From Gammaproteobacteria bacterium (lineage in GTDB: Bacteria; Pseudomonadota; Gammaproteobacteria; Natronospirales; REEB76), in the NCBI GenBank assembly GCA_036000105.1, contig DASYGE010000012.1, forward strand, positions 460,436 to 524,435: a stretch of DNA of 64,000 bases. Reading direction: 5' to 3'. Position 1 is the first letter of the stretch. Each line of letters opens with the position of its first letter. A program made the position numbers and the translations under genes. Shown here one piece after another: positions 26,957 to 35,955 of this stretch. The notes under the pieces were generated by a model that was not told the DNA's origin, made no database searches, and saw only the letters and a list, made by a program, of their open reading frames with translations.

Positions 26957-27151
26957 GGATGTTTCCCCGATTATCGGTACGCGGTCTTCCCGTCTCGAGG
27001 ACGGGGCTCCATCCCGCCAGCGTGGGCCGGCTGGGTTGGCACGTACCATAGCGCATCCTTAACCCGGGTGTCTCGCTCCAAGGGTATGCCCTGCAACCTC
27101 AGGCCGTACCTTCAGGCTGGTTGCGCGCGAGGTCCCTGCAGGCGGTAGTGC

Positions 27152-28234
27152 TTAGTGTCCGCTCTCGGTGAGGAGCTCTGCCAGGTAATCCTTCCAGATG
27201 GCCGGCAGCGTATGGGTGCCGTGGCCACGGGTCTGGTCGGTGATGGGCAGCAGCACGAACTTGCCGTCTTTCACCTGCTTGATCGCTTGCTGGGCGATGC
27301 CGAGTTCCGGCGGGTTGACCATGTCATCGGCGGAGTTCACGTACATCACCGGCGTCTTGATCTCCCCGAGGCGCGCTGAAGGGTCGTAATCCCGGGAAGA
27401 ATCCAATTGGTACAGCAGGTCGTTGGCGTCGTATTTCGGCAGGCGTTCCTTGAACCAGGCCGCGATGTCCGCATCCGCCAATTCGCGGGTCGGGTAATCC
27501 TTCTGCATCTCCAACGGAGCGCTACCCATGATGACCAGCAGATCGAGCGCGGAGATCAGGCCGTGGGGCTGCTGCGTGTATTCGCCGCCGTGCCAGTCCG
27601 GATCTGTGGTGATGTCATCCATCGCCATCTTGCGCCACATCCGGTTGCGCCCGGCGATCTGCACCGTCAGGCAAGCGAGCGGCATACCTGCATCGACGAA
27701 GCCGGGATAGGCCTCCAGCCACATCCAGGTCTGCATGCAGCCCATGGACATGCCCATCAACAGCCGCAGGTGGTCTACCTTGAGGCCGTCGGTCAGCAAG
27801 AGGCGCTGGGCCGCCACCATGTCGGTGTAATCGTAGTGGGGGAAGCGCATGCGCAGCCCGTCGCTGGGCTTGCTGGATCTGCCATGGCCGATGCCGTCAG
27901 GCAGGATGATGTAGTAATGGCTCGCGTCCAGGAGCTGTCCGGGGCCGAACAATACTCCCGCGAACTTCTCCTGGGTGAATTGCTGCCCGCTGCCGCCGGT
28001 GCCGTGCAGGATCATGACCGCGTTCGTCACATGTCCGCTGGCATCGCGTGCCGGCTGCCCATAGGTGGTGTAGTGCAGTCGCAGGTTCTGCAGCACTTCG
28101 CCGGATTGGAAATGGAATTCCGGCACGATGTAATCGCCCTCAGTGGGGCTGGCTGCTGCCATACCGAGCACGGGGGAGAACCAGAGCAGAGCGAACAGGC
28201 CGAGGTTCTTCTTAGACAGGGATGCGGGTTTCAT
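27152..28234 (-). CDS. secreted alpha/beta hydrolase (homoserine O-acetyltransferase-like fold)
   Basis: Signal peptide, HGTGGSG oxyanion region and GMSMGC nucleophile elbow. Confidence 0.75.
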   Translation of the reverse strand: MKPASLSKKNLGLFALLWFSPVLGMAAASPTEGDYIVPEFHFQSGEVLQNLRLHYTTYGQPARDASGHVTNAVMILHGTGGSGQQFTQEKFAGVLFGPGQLLDASHYYIILPDGIGHGRSSKPSDGLRMRFPHYDYTDMVAAQRLLLTDGLKVDHLRLLMGMSMGCMQTWMWLEAYPGFVDAGMPLACLTVQIAGRNRMWRKMAMDDITTDPDWHGGEYTQQPHGLISALDLLVIMGSAPLEMQKDYPTRELADADIAAWFKERLPKYDANDLLYQLDSSRDYDPSARLGEIKTPVMYVNSADDMVNPPELGIAQQAIKQVKDGKFVLLPITDQTRGHGTHTLPAIWKDYLAELLTESGH

Positions 28235-28283
28235 GTCGGCCTCGCCGTTTCTTGGTGAAATTCCCCTGGGCCAAGCGCTCGCG

Positions 28284-29885
28284 TCAGTCCGTATCGAACT
28301 GTTCCCACCAATTGACCGGCAGCGGATCCGGCGTCTTGGGCACAGCCATGCTGGTCGCCGCTTTGTTCACCCGGTAGAGCACCATGGGGTCCTCCGCCTG
28401 GACTTCGATGACCCGGGTGAAGGCCGGCTCCGATGGCGCCGGGATGAGCTTGGTGCTCACCTGTTCGTCGCCCACGGGCAAGTCGTACTTGTCCACCAGG
28501 ATGTAATCACCGGGCTTGATGACGCCTGCGTGGATATCGGCGTAGAGATCGCGGCTGGAACGCACATAAGGCATGGGGGCGCCCAACACATAGAGCGTCA
28601 TGGAGCGGGGCCAGCGGAAGTTCACCACGGGCGCCGGGGCTTTCGCTACTTCTGCTTTGATCGCATTGAAGCCGTCTATGCCGCCCAGGTTCTTGATGCG
28701 CGGCACATGGGTGGTGAGCAGCGGGAAGCAGACGATGAGCACGCCGAACACGGCGATGATCGCCACCGCGAAACCGCCCAGCAGGAGGCGCACCACCCGG
28801 TGCAGGTTGTCGGTCTTGAACACGGGCTCGATGGCGGCGAGCGCCAGGAGCGCCATGGCCGGGGCCGCCGGTAGGATGTACTTGCTCTGCTTGGAGGCGG
28901 AGATGCTGAAGAACACCACGGTCCACACGGTCCAGATGAGCAGGAGGCGCCAGCGGAACTCGCGGCGCGCATAGCGGAAACCGTAGTAGAGGCCGAAGGG
29001 CAGCAGCAGGCAGAGCGGCATCAGGTCGCCCCAGATGCTCTGGCCGTACATCCACCAGGGCTGCATGTGGTCGAAGCCCGTGAAGAAGCGCGTGAAGTTC
29101 TGATAGACCAAGACCGCGCGTACGAACTCCCAGTTGACCTTGAAGCCGGCGGCGATGTACCAGGGCACGATGCCGAGCAACGCCACCGCGAGACCTCGCA
29201 GTGGGGCGAGGCGCCAGGCCTCGCGGAACATCCAGCCGCTGCGGTAACGGAAACCGCGGGGCTCGCCGGTATCCGGCTGCAGGCTGAGATAAGCCGTGGC
29301 CATCACTTCCATGGCCATCACCGGCAGGGTGATGACGAGGCCCACCGGGCCTTTGCCGGCGGTGGCGAGCGCCACGCCCAGCCACAGTTCCCAGGGGAAC
29401 TTGCGTAGCGGCGGATCGGTGCGCAGCCTTATATACCCGGTGAAGGCGATGAGCACGCCCAGCATCAGCAGGGAATCCGACTGGGCGGTGAAGAAGTTGT
29501 AGAGCACCCCGGGCAGGGCCACGCCGGTGAGGGGCAAGAGCCAGCGGGGCCATTGGGGGAAGAGTTCCTTCTGCAGGCGCGACAGCCACACCACCCACAG
29601 GAGCAAGGCGAGATAACCCGGCAGACGCACCGCGGCTTCGAGCGGCAGGCCGAAGGCCGCACCCACGAGGCTCAGCCAGAAATACAACGGCGGGTACTCG
29701 ATGTAGGGCAGGCCGTTCTTGATGGGGATGAGGTAGGCGTGGCGCGCGAGCATCTCGCGCACCGCCTCCACGAAGCGCGGCTCCATGGAAGGCACCGGGC
29801 CGTGGTTGAACAGCGATACGCCGTACACCACGCCGAGCGCCAACAAGAGCCAATTGAGCGGGGACAGTCTCTTCAAGATGTGCAT
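28284..29885 (-). CDS. GT-C fold glycosyltransferase (family 39 / ArnT-like)
   Basis: 533 aa with >10 TM helices and a C-terminal soluble domain, the overall ArnT/PMT-like topology. Assignment made by architecture only. Confidence 0.6.
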   Translation of the reverse strand: MHILKRLSPLNWLLLALGVVYGVSLFNHGPVPSMEPRFVEAVREMLARHAYLIPIKNGLPYIEYPPLYFWLSLVGAAFGLPLEAAVRLPGYLALLLWVVWLSRLQKELFPQWPRWLLPLTGVALPGVLYNFFTAQSDSLLMLGVLIAFTGYIRLRTDPPLRKFPWELWLGVALATAGKGPVGLVITLPVMAMEVMATAYLSLQPDTGEPRGFRYRSGWMFREAWRLAPLRGLAVALLGIVPWYIAAGFKVNWEFVRAVLVYQNFTRFFTGFDHMQPWWMYGQSIWGDLMPLCLLLPFGLYYGFRYARREFRWRLLLIWTVWTVVFFSISASKQSKYILPAAPAMALLALAAIEPVFKTDNLHRVVRLLLGGFAVAIIAVFGVLIVCFPLLTTHVPRIKNLGGIDGFNAIKAEVAKAPAPVVNFRWPRSMTLYVLGAPMPYVRSSRDLYADIHAGVIKPGDYILVDKYDLPVGDEQVSTKLIPAPSEPAFTRVIEVQAEDPMVLYRVNKAATSMAVPKTPDPLPVNWWEQFDTD

Positions 29886-29944
29886 TTAGCGTTCCCGCTG
29901 CGGGACCCCATCATACCAACCCTCCGGTATATCATCATCGCCCC

Positions 29945-30790
29945 ATGAACTACCGCCACAGCTACCACGCCGGGAACTTCGCCGATGTGGCGAAGCACTC
30001 GCTCCTGGTACTCCTGCTGGAGGCCCTGGGCAAGAAGCCCGCCCCCTGGCACTACTTCGATACCCACGCCGGGGCCGGCGCCTATGATCTCGCGGGCGAG
30101 GCGGCCCTGCGTACCGGCGAAGCCCAGAGCGGCATCCTCAGGCTGTGGGCCGCCCGGGGCAGCCTGCCACCGGCGGCCGAGCGCCTCTGCGCCATCGTCG
30201 CGGGGCTGAACCCGGGGCTCGCACCCGGTGAGCTGCCGCGCTATTACCCCGGCTCCCCGTGGCTGGCCGCAGCCCTCGCCCGGGACATGGACTGCCTGAC
30301 CCTGGCGGAGCTGCACCCGGAAGATGCCCAGAGCCTCAAGGCTGAATTCCGACGGGACAAGCGTACGGCGGTGCATCTCCGGGATGGTTACGAAATGTTA
30401 AGCGCGCTCACGCCGCCGCCCGAGCGGCGTGGGCTGGTGCTGATGGATCCGCCCTATGAAGTGCCGGATGAATTCGAGCGGCTGAAGAAGACACTCAAGT
30501 CCTGCTACGGCCGCTGGCCCGGCGGCACCTATGCCCTCTGGTACCCGCTCAAGGATGAGATGGTGCGCACGCGTTTCCTGCGGGAGGTGGAGCGCTCCGG
30601 GCTGCGGCGCATCCTATATGCGGAATTGCGACTCTCCGCCCAGACGGACGGTCTCGGCGGCAGCGGTCTCCTGGTGGTGAACCCACCCTGGCAATCCGAG
30701 GACGCCATGCGGGAGTGTCTCGTTGCCCTGGCGAAAGTCTTGGCACCCGAGACAGGTAGCGCCCGGGTGGATTGGCTGGTGCCGGAATGA
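29945..30790 (+). CDS. rlmJ: 23S rRNA (adenine2030-N6)-methyltransferase
   Basis: MNYRHSYHAGNFADVAKH N-terminus and MDPPYE catalytic motif. Confidence 0.85.
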   Translation: MNYRHSYHAGNFADVAKHSLLVLLLEALGKKPAPWHYFDTHAGAGAYDLAGEAALRTGEAQSGILRLWAARGSLPPAAERLCAIVAGLNPGLAPGELPRYYPGSPWLAAALARDMDCLTLAELHPEDAQSLKAEFRRDKRTAVHLRDGYEMLSALTPPPERRGLVLMDPPYEVPDEFERLKKTLKSCYGRWPGGTYALWYPLKDEMVRTRFLREVERSGLRRILYAELRLSAQTDGLGGSGLLVVNPPWQSEDAMRECLVALAKVLAPETGSARVDWLVPE

Positions 30791-30812
30791 GATCCTGACA
30801 AAGGTATTTGAT

Positions 30813-30852
30813 AACTGACCCAAGGTCATTATATGATGACCCTTGGTCAGTT
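30813..30852. promoter_or_regulatory. candidate TetR operator (18-bp inverted arms, 15/18 match, 4-nt spacer)
   Basis: AACTGACCCAAGGTCATT-atat-GATGACCCTTGGTCAGTT lies immediately upstream of the TetR gene start. Confidence 0.5.
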
Positions 30853-30869
30853 CAGCCACCGAGGCCGCA

Positions 30870-31538
30870 ATGGCATTCAACCGCGCCATGACCGAAGCGC
30901 AGAAAGAAGCGCGCCGCGCCGACATCCTCAAGGTGGCGTTGCAGCGTTTCACGCTCATGCCCTACGAATCCTTGAGCATGGCCGACACCGCCGATGCAGC
31001 GGGCGTGGCCAAGGGCACGCTGTACCTCTATTTCCGCAGCAAGGAAGAGCTGTTCCTGGCCATCTACACCGACCAGCTGAACGGCTGGTTCGATGAGCTG
31101 GACCGGGAACTCGAACACGCCAAAGGTGAGGCCAGCATCGCCGCCTTCCTGAAGGTCATGGGGGGTTCCCTCACCCGCCGTCCGCAACTCCTGCGGCTCA
31201 TCGCCATCCTGCACACGGTGCTGGAACGCAATCTGGATGAGAGTACGGCGCAGCATTTCAAATCCTGGCTCAAGGGGCGCATGCAGAAGACCGGTCGGCT
31301 GTTGGAGATCTATCTGCCTTTCCTGGAAGCCGGCCAAGGGGCGCAGCTCTTACTCAAGATCGACGCCCTCATCATCGGCTTCCAGCATCTGGCGGAGCCC
31401 TCCGGAGTGATGCGCGAGGTGCTGAAGGCGGAGGACATGGCTCTCTTCCGGGTGGATCTGGAAGCACAACTATTGGAGACCCTGCGTACCTTATTGATGG
31501 GTCTCGCCTATGAGGCGAAGTACCGAAATGAAAAGTGA
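30870..31538 (+). CDS. TetR/AcrR family transcriptional regulator
   Basis: Start set at the ATG after a GAGG RBS, downstream of the palindrome. HTH segment MADTADAAGVAKGTLYLYFRSKEELF. Confidence 0.8.
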   Translation: MAFNRAMTEAQKEARRADILKVALQRFTLMPYESLSMADTADAAGVAKGTLYLYFRSKEELFLAIYTDQLNGWFDELDRELEHAKGEASIAAFLKVMGGSLTRRPQLLRLIAILHTVLERNLDESTAQHFKSWLKGRMQKTGRLLEIYLPFLEAGQGAQLLLKIDALIIGFQHLAEPSGVMREVLKAEDMALFRVDLEAQLLETLRTLLMGLAYEAKYRNEK

Positions 31539-31589
31539 GCCGTTCAAGATCCTGACTGTCGTCATCGCCCAGCGGCCTGTGATCCGGAC

Positions 31590-32222
31590 ATGAGGCGCAC
31601 CGTACCGCCCTATTTCCAGGCCTTCGGTCCCGCCGATTACCGGCGCATGCCCTGGAAGAACGGTCAGGGCATGACCACGGAGATCGCTATCCATCCGCCC
31701 AATGCCGATCTCACGGCGCTGCCCTTCGACTGGCGGGTGAGCATGGCGGATGTGAAACAAGACGGGGATTTCTCCCTCTTCCCGGGCTATGACCGCACCA
31801 TCCTGGTGGCGGAGGGCACAGGCATGGAACTGGATTTCGGCGCTGCCCCTGCGGTGCGGCTCGAAGGTGCTGGCTCCATGGCGGATTTCTCCGGTGACTG
31901 GCATACCCGCTGCCGGCTCCTGGGCGGAGCGGTGCGGGACTTCAACGTCATGAGCGCCCGCGGTCGCGTGCAGCATCAGTGCCACGCGGTCAGCGGTTTG
32001 CCTCTGGAGTTCATCTGGGAACCGGGGACGGAAGCGTTCCTATGCTACTGCATCCGCGGCACCCTGGTGCTCAAGATGCGTGACCTCACGGAGTGGGAAT
32101 TGGAACAGGATCAGAGCCTCCTGTTCCCGGCCGGGCAGGAGGATTCCTTGCGCAGCAACCTCGTGGCCATGCCCCATACCCGGGATGGTCTAGGCGTGCT
32201 GGTGCGGTTCTGGCGACTTTAG
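31590..32222 (+). CDS. HutD/Ves family protein
   Basis: 210 aa. YRRMPWKNGQGMTTEI N-terminal signature. Confidence 0.75.
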   Translation: MRRTVPPYFQAFGPADYRRMPWKNGQGMTTEIAIHPPNADLTALPFDWRVSMADVKQDGDFSLFPGYDRTILVAEGTGMELDFGAAPAVRLEGAGSMADFSGDWHTRCRLLGGAVRDFNVMSARGRVQHQCHAVSGLPLEFIWEPGTEAFLCYCIRGTLVLKMRDLTEWELEQDQSLLFPAGQEDSLRSNLVAMPHTRDGLGVLVRFWRL

Positions 32223-32267
32223 GCTCCGTACTCACGGAAGAAAGACTCGATACAAAGGGGAGATGCG

Positions 32268-32993
32268 ATGTTGAAGACACTGGTCTGGCTGGGGATCATG
32301 GCGACGCTGACACTGGTCATATCGCTCCTGGTGGTACGCCCGCTGGTGGCTGCCGCTTGTCCCGCATGTTTTGGTTTCAGCAAGGTTGCGGATAGGGTGT
32401 ACGTGCAATCCAACATGACGCCGGCATCACGCATACGGGCGGTCGCCTCGCTCGTCGCGGCCGAGCAGCGGGTGGGCGCCTTCTTCGGTGGCCTGCAGCA
32501 TGTGCCGCGCGCACTCATCTGCGCTGATGACGGCTGCTATCGCCGGATCGGTGGCGGCGCAGGTTCCGGCACCGGCACCCTGGGCTCCTATGCCATCGTG
32601 GTCTCACATGAAGCCATCGATCCCGTACTCATCGGCGAGGCGCTCTCCCAGGTGGAGCTTCACGGCCGCGTGGGTTACTGGCACATCCTCACAGGTGCCG
32701 TGCCCATTTGGTTTGATCAGGGTGTGGCGGTGCTGGCGGCAGACGATACCCTCTATATCGCACCGCAGGGCAGCCGCAGCCGCTGCATCGCCGGGCCGAT
32801 ACCGGACATGCCGGTGACACCGGACGATTGGAACGAGAGCCTGCAGCAGGAAGGTCAGGTCATGTATGCCCGTGCCGCCTGCCAAACGGATATCTGGATG
32901 GAGTCCCACGGCGGCTCCGTTGCGATCACCGCCCTGCTGGCGAAAGTGGCTGACGGTCAGAACTTCGATACGCTGTATCAACAGGGCCGCTGA
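32268..32993 (+). CDS. membrane-anchored hypothetical protein
   Basis: AGGGGAG RBS, an N-terminal TM helix and Cys pairs (CPAC, CADDGC). No family recognised. Confidence 0.55.
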   Translation: MLKTLVWLGIMATLTLVISLLVVRPLVAAACPACFGFSKVADRVYVQSNMTPASRIRAVASLVAAEQRVGAFFGGLQHVPRALICADDGCYRRIGGGAGSGTGTLGSYAIVVSHEAIDPVLIGEALSQVELHGRVGYWHILTGAVPIWFDQGVAVLAADDTLYIAPQGSRSRCIAGPIPDMPVTPDDWNESLQQEGQVMYARAACQTDIWMESHGGSVAITALLAKVADGQNFDTLYQQGR

Positions 32994-32999
32994 TAGGGG

Positions 33000-33863
33000 T
33001 CAGTGGCTCTGGGCCTGTTCCGTCGCGAGCTCTTTCTCGAAATCCTGCTCTGCCTGGGCGACGTAGCGCTTGTACCCTTCCGGGTCGATGAACGGGTTGC
33101 CGTCCCCGGGCTGCTGCATCTGATTGATCTTGTCCTGTAAGCCATAGACCGAGCCGTGTTCCGAGAGGAACACGTCGCGGGGCAGCGTCTTCAGCAGGAC
33201 GAAGCTGTGGGTGAAGTCCGCGGCGATGCCGGGATAATCCTCATCCTTGCCCATGAGGTCGCCGGGCAGGGTCAGCTGGCAGAGGATAACCACGTCGTGG
33301 GGTTTCCCGCCGTCCATCAAGTGCATGGTCCAGGTGGTGCAGCCCGGAGTGTGACCTGCGGTCAGATGGGCCGTGAGTGTCACGCCGCCCAGGGATACCT
33401 GATCGCCGTCGTGCAGCACCCTGTCCACCTGGATGGAATCGAAGAGCTTGCGGTCACCCTTATAGAAGGTGCCCTGGCCGTTGTGCTCCAGAGGTATGAC
33501 CTCTTTATCCATCGCGTAGAAGGCAGCGCCGCTGTCGCGCTTGAGCATGGCGAGGCCGCCGGCGTGATCCGGATGGGCGTGACCGTTGAGCAGGATCTTC
33601 ACGTCCGTGAGTTTGAAGCCGAGCGTCGCGATGTTCTTCTCGATCATGGGGGCCGTCTCGGCGAAGCCCCCGTCCATTAGGATCATGCCCCTGGGTGTCA
33701 CCACCAGATACGAGGCTACATCGGACGCGCCCACGTAATAGAGGTCGCCGATGATGCGGAAGGGCGCCACCGGCTGGTTCTTGGCGGTGGACTCGGGGCT
33801 CAAGGCAGCCCAACAAGGGGAGAGGCTGAGGGCCAGTAACAGGGCAGAAAGCAGGCGAGCCAC
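33000..33863 (-). CDS. subclass B3 metallo-beta-lactamase family protein
   Basis: GHAHPDHAGG (HxHxDH), GHTPGCTTW and SEHG motifs. GTG start after an AAGGA RBS gives signal peptide (V)ARLLSALLLALSLSPCWA. Alternative ATG at 33938. Confidence 0.8.
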   Translation of the reverse strand: MARLLSALLLALSLSPCWAALSPESTAKNQPVAPFRIIGDLYYVGASDVASYLVVTPRGMILMDGGFAETAPMIEKNIATLGFKLTDVKILLNGHAHPDHAGGLAMLKRDSGAAFYAMDKEVIPLEHNGQGTFYKGDRKLFDSIQVDRVLHDGDQVSLGGVTLTAHLTAGHTPGCTTWTMHLMDGGKPHDVVILCQLTLPGDLMGKDEDYPGIAADFTHSFVLLKTLPRDVFLSEHGSVYGLQDKINQMQQPGDGNPFIDPEGYKRYVAQAEQDFEKELATEQAQSH

Positions 33864-33944
33864 GGTGGGTCCTTGAGAGTCGCGGGCGATGAGGGTGAGA
33901 CAGCGTATGGCTTCCTGCGTTCGACGAGAATCTGTCATCAATAC

Positions 33945-33989
33945 TTGACAGCCCAGGTCGGAAAGTGTATTTAACAAGTACGTTAAATA
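33945..33989 (+). promoter_or_regulatory. sigma70-like promoter plus AT-rich inverted repeat upstream of the first ArsR gene
   Basis: TTGACA (33945-50), 17-nt spacer, TATTTA (33968-73). TATTTAAC-aagtac-GTTAAATA inverted repeat overlaps the -10. Confidence 0.5.
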
Positions 33990-34007
33990 CAGAATCAGGC
34001 CCGGGCC

Positions 34008-34355
34008 ATGCAGACAGACGCCTTGAGCACCACCTTCGCCGCCCTGGCGGACCCCACCCGCAGGGCCATCCTGGTCCGTCTGGCCACGGGGGAAGCCTCA
34101 GTGCAGGAGCTGGCGGAGCCCTTCGAGATCAGCCTGCCAGCGGTCTCCCGGCACCTCAAGGTGCTGGAGCACGCGGGGCTCATCACCCGCAGCCGTCAGG
34201 CCCAGTGGCGTCCCTGCCGCATCGAAGCGGCGCCCTTGCGGAGCGCAGAGGACTGGATAGTCGAGCGGCGCGCGGTGTGGGAGCAGAACTTCAACCGCCT
34301 GGCGGATTACCTCGCCGGGATGGGGAACACCCGAGGCACCGGAGACAAATCATGA
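34008..34355 (+). CDS. ArsR/SmtB family transcriptional regulator
   Basis: FAALADPTRRAIL...LPAVSRHLKVLEHAGLI winged-helix signature. Confidence 0.85.
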   Translation: MQTDALSTTFAALADPTRRAILVRLATGEASVQELAEPFEISLPAVSRHLKVLEHAGLITRSRQAQWRPCRIEAAPLRSAEDWIVERRAVWEQNFNRLADYLAGMGNTRGTGDKS

Positions 34356-34834
34356 GCACGCGATCAGAACAGCACGCCACTTTCAGCATCGAGCGGGTCT
34401 TCGATGCCCCGGTCAAACGGGTGTACGACGCTTTCGCGACGGAGGCGGGCAAGTCCCGCTGGTTCGCCGGCGGCGGCAAGTGGGACCTCATGGAGCGGAA
34501 GTTCGATTTCCGGGTGAGCGGGCGCGAGCGCCTCAAGGGCAAATGGAAGGACGGTGCAATCACGGATTTCGACTGCACCTATCACGACATCGTGCCGGAC
34601 CAGCGCATCGTCTATGTCTATGACTTGTATCACAACGGCAACAAGCTATCGGTATCCCTCGCCACCATCGAGTTCGCGGTCGCCGGTGCAGGCACCAAAC
34701 TGACCGTCACCGAACAGGGTGTGTTCCTGGATGGCTATGACGATGCGGGTGGCCGCGAGCAGGGCACCCGCAAGCTCTTGGATCAGCTGGCCGCTTCCCT
34801 CCAGGGGGCGGACTTTCGGGGGAACAGTCCTTGA
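34352..34834 (+). CDS. SRPBCC (AHSA1/Aha1-like) domain protein
   Basis: ATGA overlap with the ArsR gene. IERVFDAPVKRVYDAF opening is typical of the family. Confidence 0.8.
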   Translation: MSTRSEQHATFSIERVFDAPVKRVYDAFATEAGKSRWFAGGGKWDLMERKFDFRVSGRERLKGKWKDGAITDFDCTYHDIVPDQRIVYVYDLYHNGNKLSVSLATIEFAVAGAGTKLTVTEQGVFLDGYDDAGGREQGTRKLLDQLAASLQGADFRGNSP

Positions 34835-34862
34835 AGAATATTTCCCGCGAGGCTGATTTTTC

Positions 34863-34889
34863 TGTCGATCCAGCGGTCTGAGATTCGAC
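34863..34889 (+). promoter_or_regulatory. candidate ECF41/42-type promoter upstream of the DGPF gene
   Basis: TGTCGA (34863-68), 17-nt spacer, CGAC (34886-89), about 70 nt upstream of the YciI/DGPF start. Confidence 0.4.
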
Positions 34890-34957
34890 GCCTTGGTAAG
34901 CCCCGGGAGATCAAGCTTCCGGGCCGCCAACCCAAGACAGCTTAAGGAGCGATGACC

Positions 34958-35347
34958 ATGCGTTACATGATGCTGATGATCCCCGAGGTGTATTCCAAGC
35001 CGGCGTCACCGGATTTCAGGCCCGACCCCGAGGCTATCGCCCAGATGGAGAAGTTCAACGATGCCCTGAGCAAGGCCGGTGTGCTCCTGTCCCTGGACGG
35101 TCTGCACCCGCCCGCCACGGGCGCGCGGGTCAGCTTCGCCGGCGGCAAGCCGAAGGTGACCGACGGACCCTTCGCTGAGGCCAAAGAGGTGCTGGGCGGC
35201 TACTGGATGATCGACGTGAAGTCGAAGGAAGAGGCGGTGGAATGGGCGCGCCGTTGCCCTGCGGCACCGGGGGACGTCATCGAGATTCGCAAAGTGTTCG
35301 AGATATCGGACTTTTCTCCGGAAGCTCAGAAGGCTGGGGGCCACTGA
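34958..35347 (+). CDS. YciI-like DGPF domain protein
   Basis: Contains TDGPFAEAKE (DGPF motif). Start placed at the second ATG, 7 nt after the AAGGAG RBS; ATG at 34952 is the alternative. Confidence 0.8.
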   Translation: MRYMMLMIPEVYSKPASPDFRPDPEAIAQMEKFNDALSKAGVLLSLDGLHPPATGARVSFAGGKPKVTDGPFAEAKEVLGGYWMIDVKSKEEAVEWARRCPAAPGDVIEIRKVFEISDFSPEAQKAGGH

Positions 35348-35370
35348 GTCTATACAACTGAGTCTATACA
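35343..35370. repeat. perfect tandem duplication 2 x ACTGAGTCTATACA
   Basis: Read directly. The first unit contains the YciI stop codon (TGA 35345-47). Confidence 0.9.
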
Positions 35371-35385
35371 GATGAGGAGATGAAC

Positions 35386-35955
35386 ATGAGAAGAGTGATC
35401 GTATCCAACCTGGTCTCATTGGACGGCTACATCGCCGCCGTGGACGGTGATCTCGGATGGTTCGCCGTGGGCCCGGAGTTCTTCGCTTACGCCCAGGACC
35501 TCATGGGCCGGGTGGATACGATCCTCTTCGGACGCGTGACCTATCAGATGATGGAGAGCTACTGGACGAGCCCCGCCGCGGCTAAGAACGATCCGTTCGT
35601 GACGAAGCAGATGAACGAGTTGTCCAAGGTGGTCTTCTCCAGGACCCTCAAGCATGCCGCCTGGGGAAAGTGGGACAACGCCAGCGTGTCAGCAGATCCC
35701 GTGGCGACGGTCACGCAACTGAAATCGAAGGCCGGCGGCGACATGGTAATCTTCGGCAGCGGCGGTCTCGTGTCCGCACTCGCGCCCCACGGCCTCATCG
35801 ACGAATACCGCATGATCATCAACCCTTCCATCCTGGGCCAGGGGATACCTATGTTCCGCGACTTCAATGAGCGCATCCCTTTGAAGCTCGTATCCAGCCG
35901 CACCTTCGATGGCGCGACGGTCATGCTCACGTATCACCCGGAGAAGATCCGTTGA
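35386..35955 (+). CDS. dihydrofolate reductase family protein (RibD C-terminal domain)
   Basis: MRRVIVSNLVSLDGY opening and IFGSGGLV motif. Start at the ATG 6 nt after the GAGGAG RBS. Confidence 0.8.
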   Translation: MRRVIVSNLVSLDGYIAAVDGDLGWFAVGPEFFAYAQDLMGRVDTILFGRVTYQMMESYWTSPAAAKNDPFVTKQMNELSKVVFSRTLKHAAWGKWDNASVSADPVATVTQLKSKAGGDMVIFGSGGLVSALAPHGLIDEYRMIINPSILGQGIPMFRDFNERIPLKLVSSRTFDGATVMLTYHPEKIR

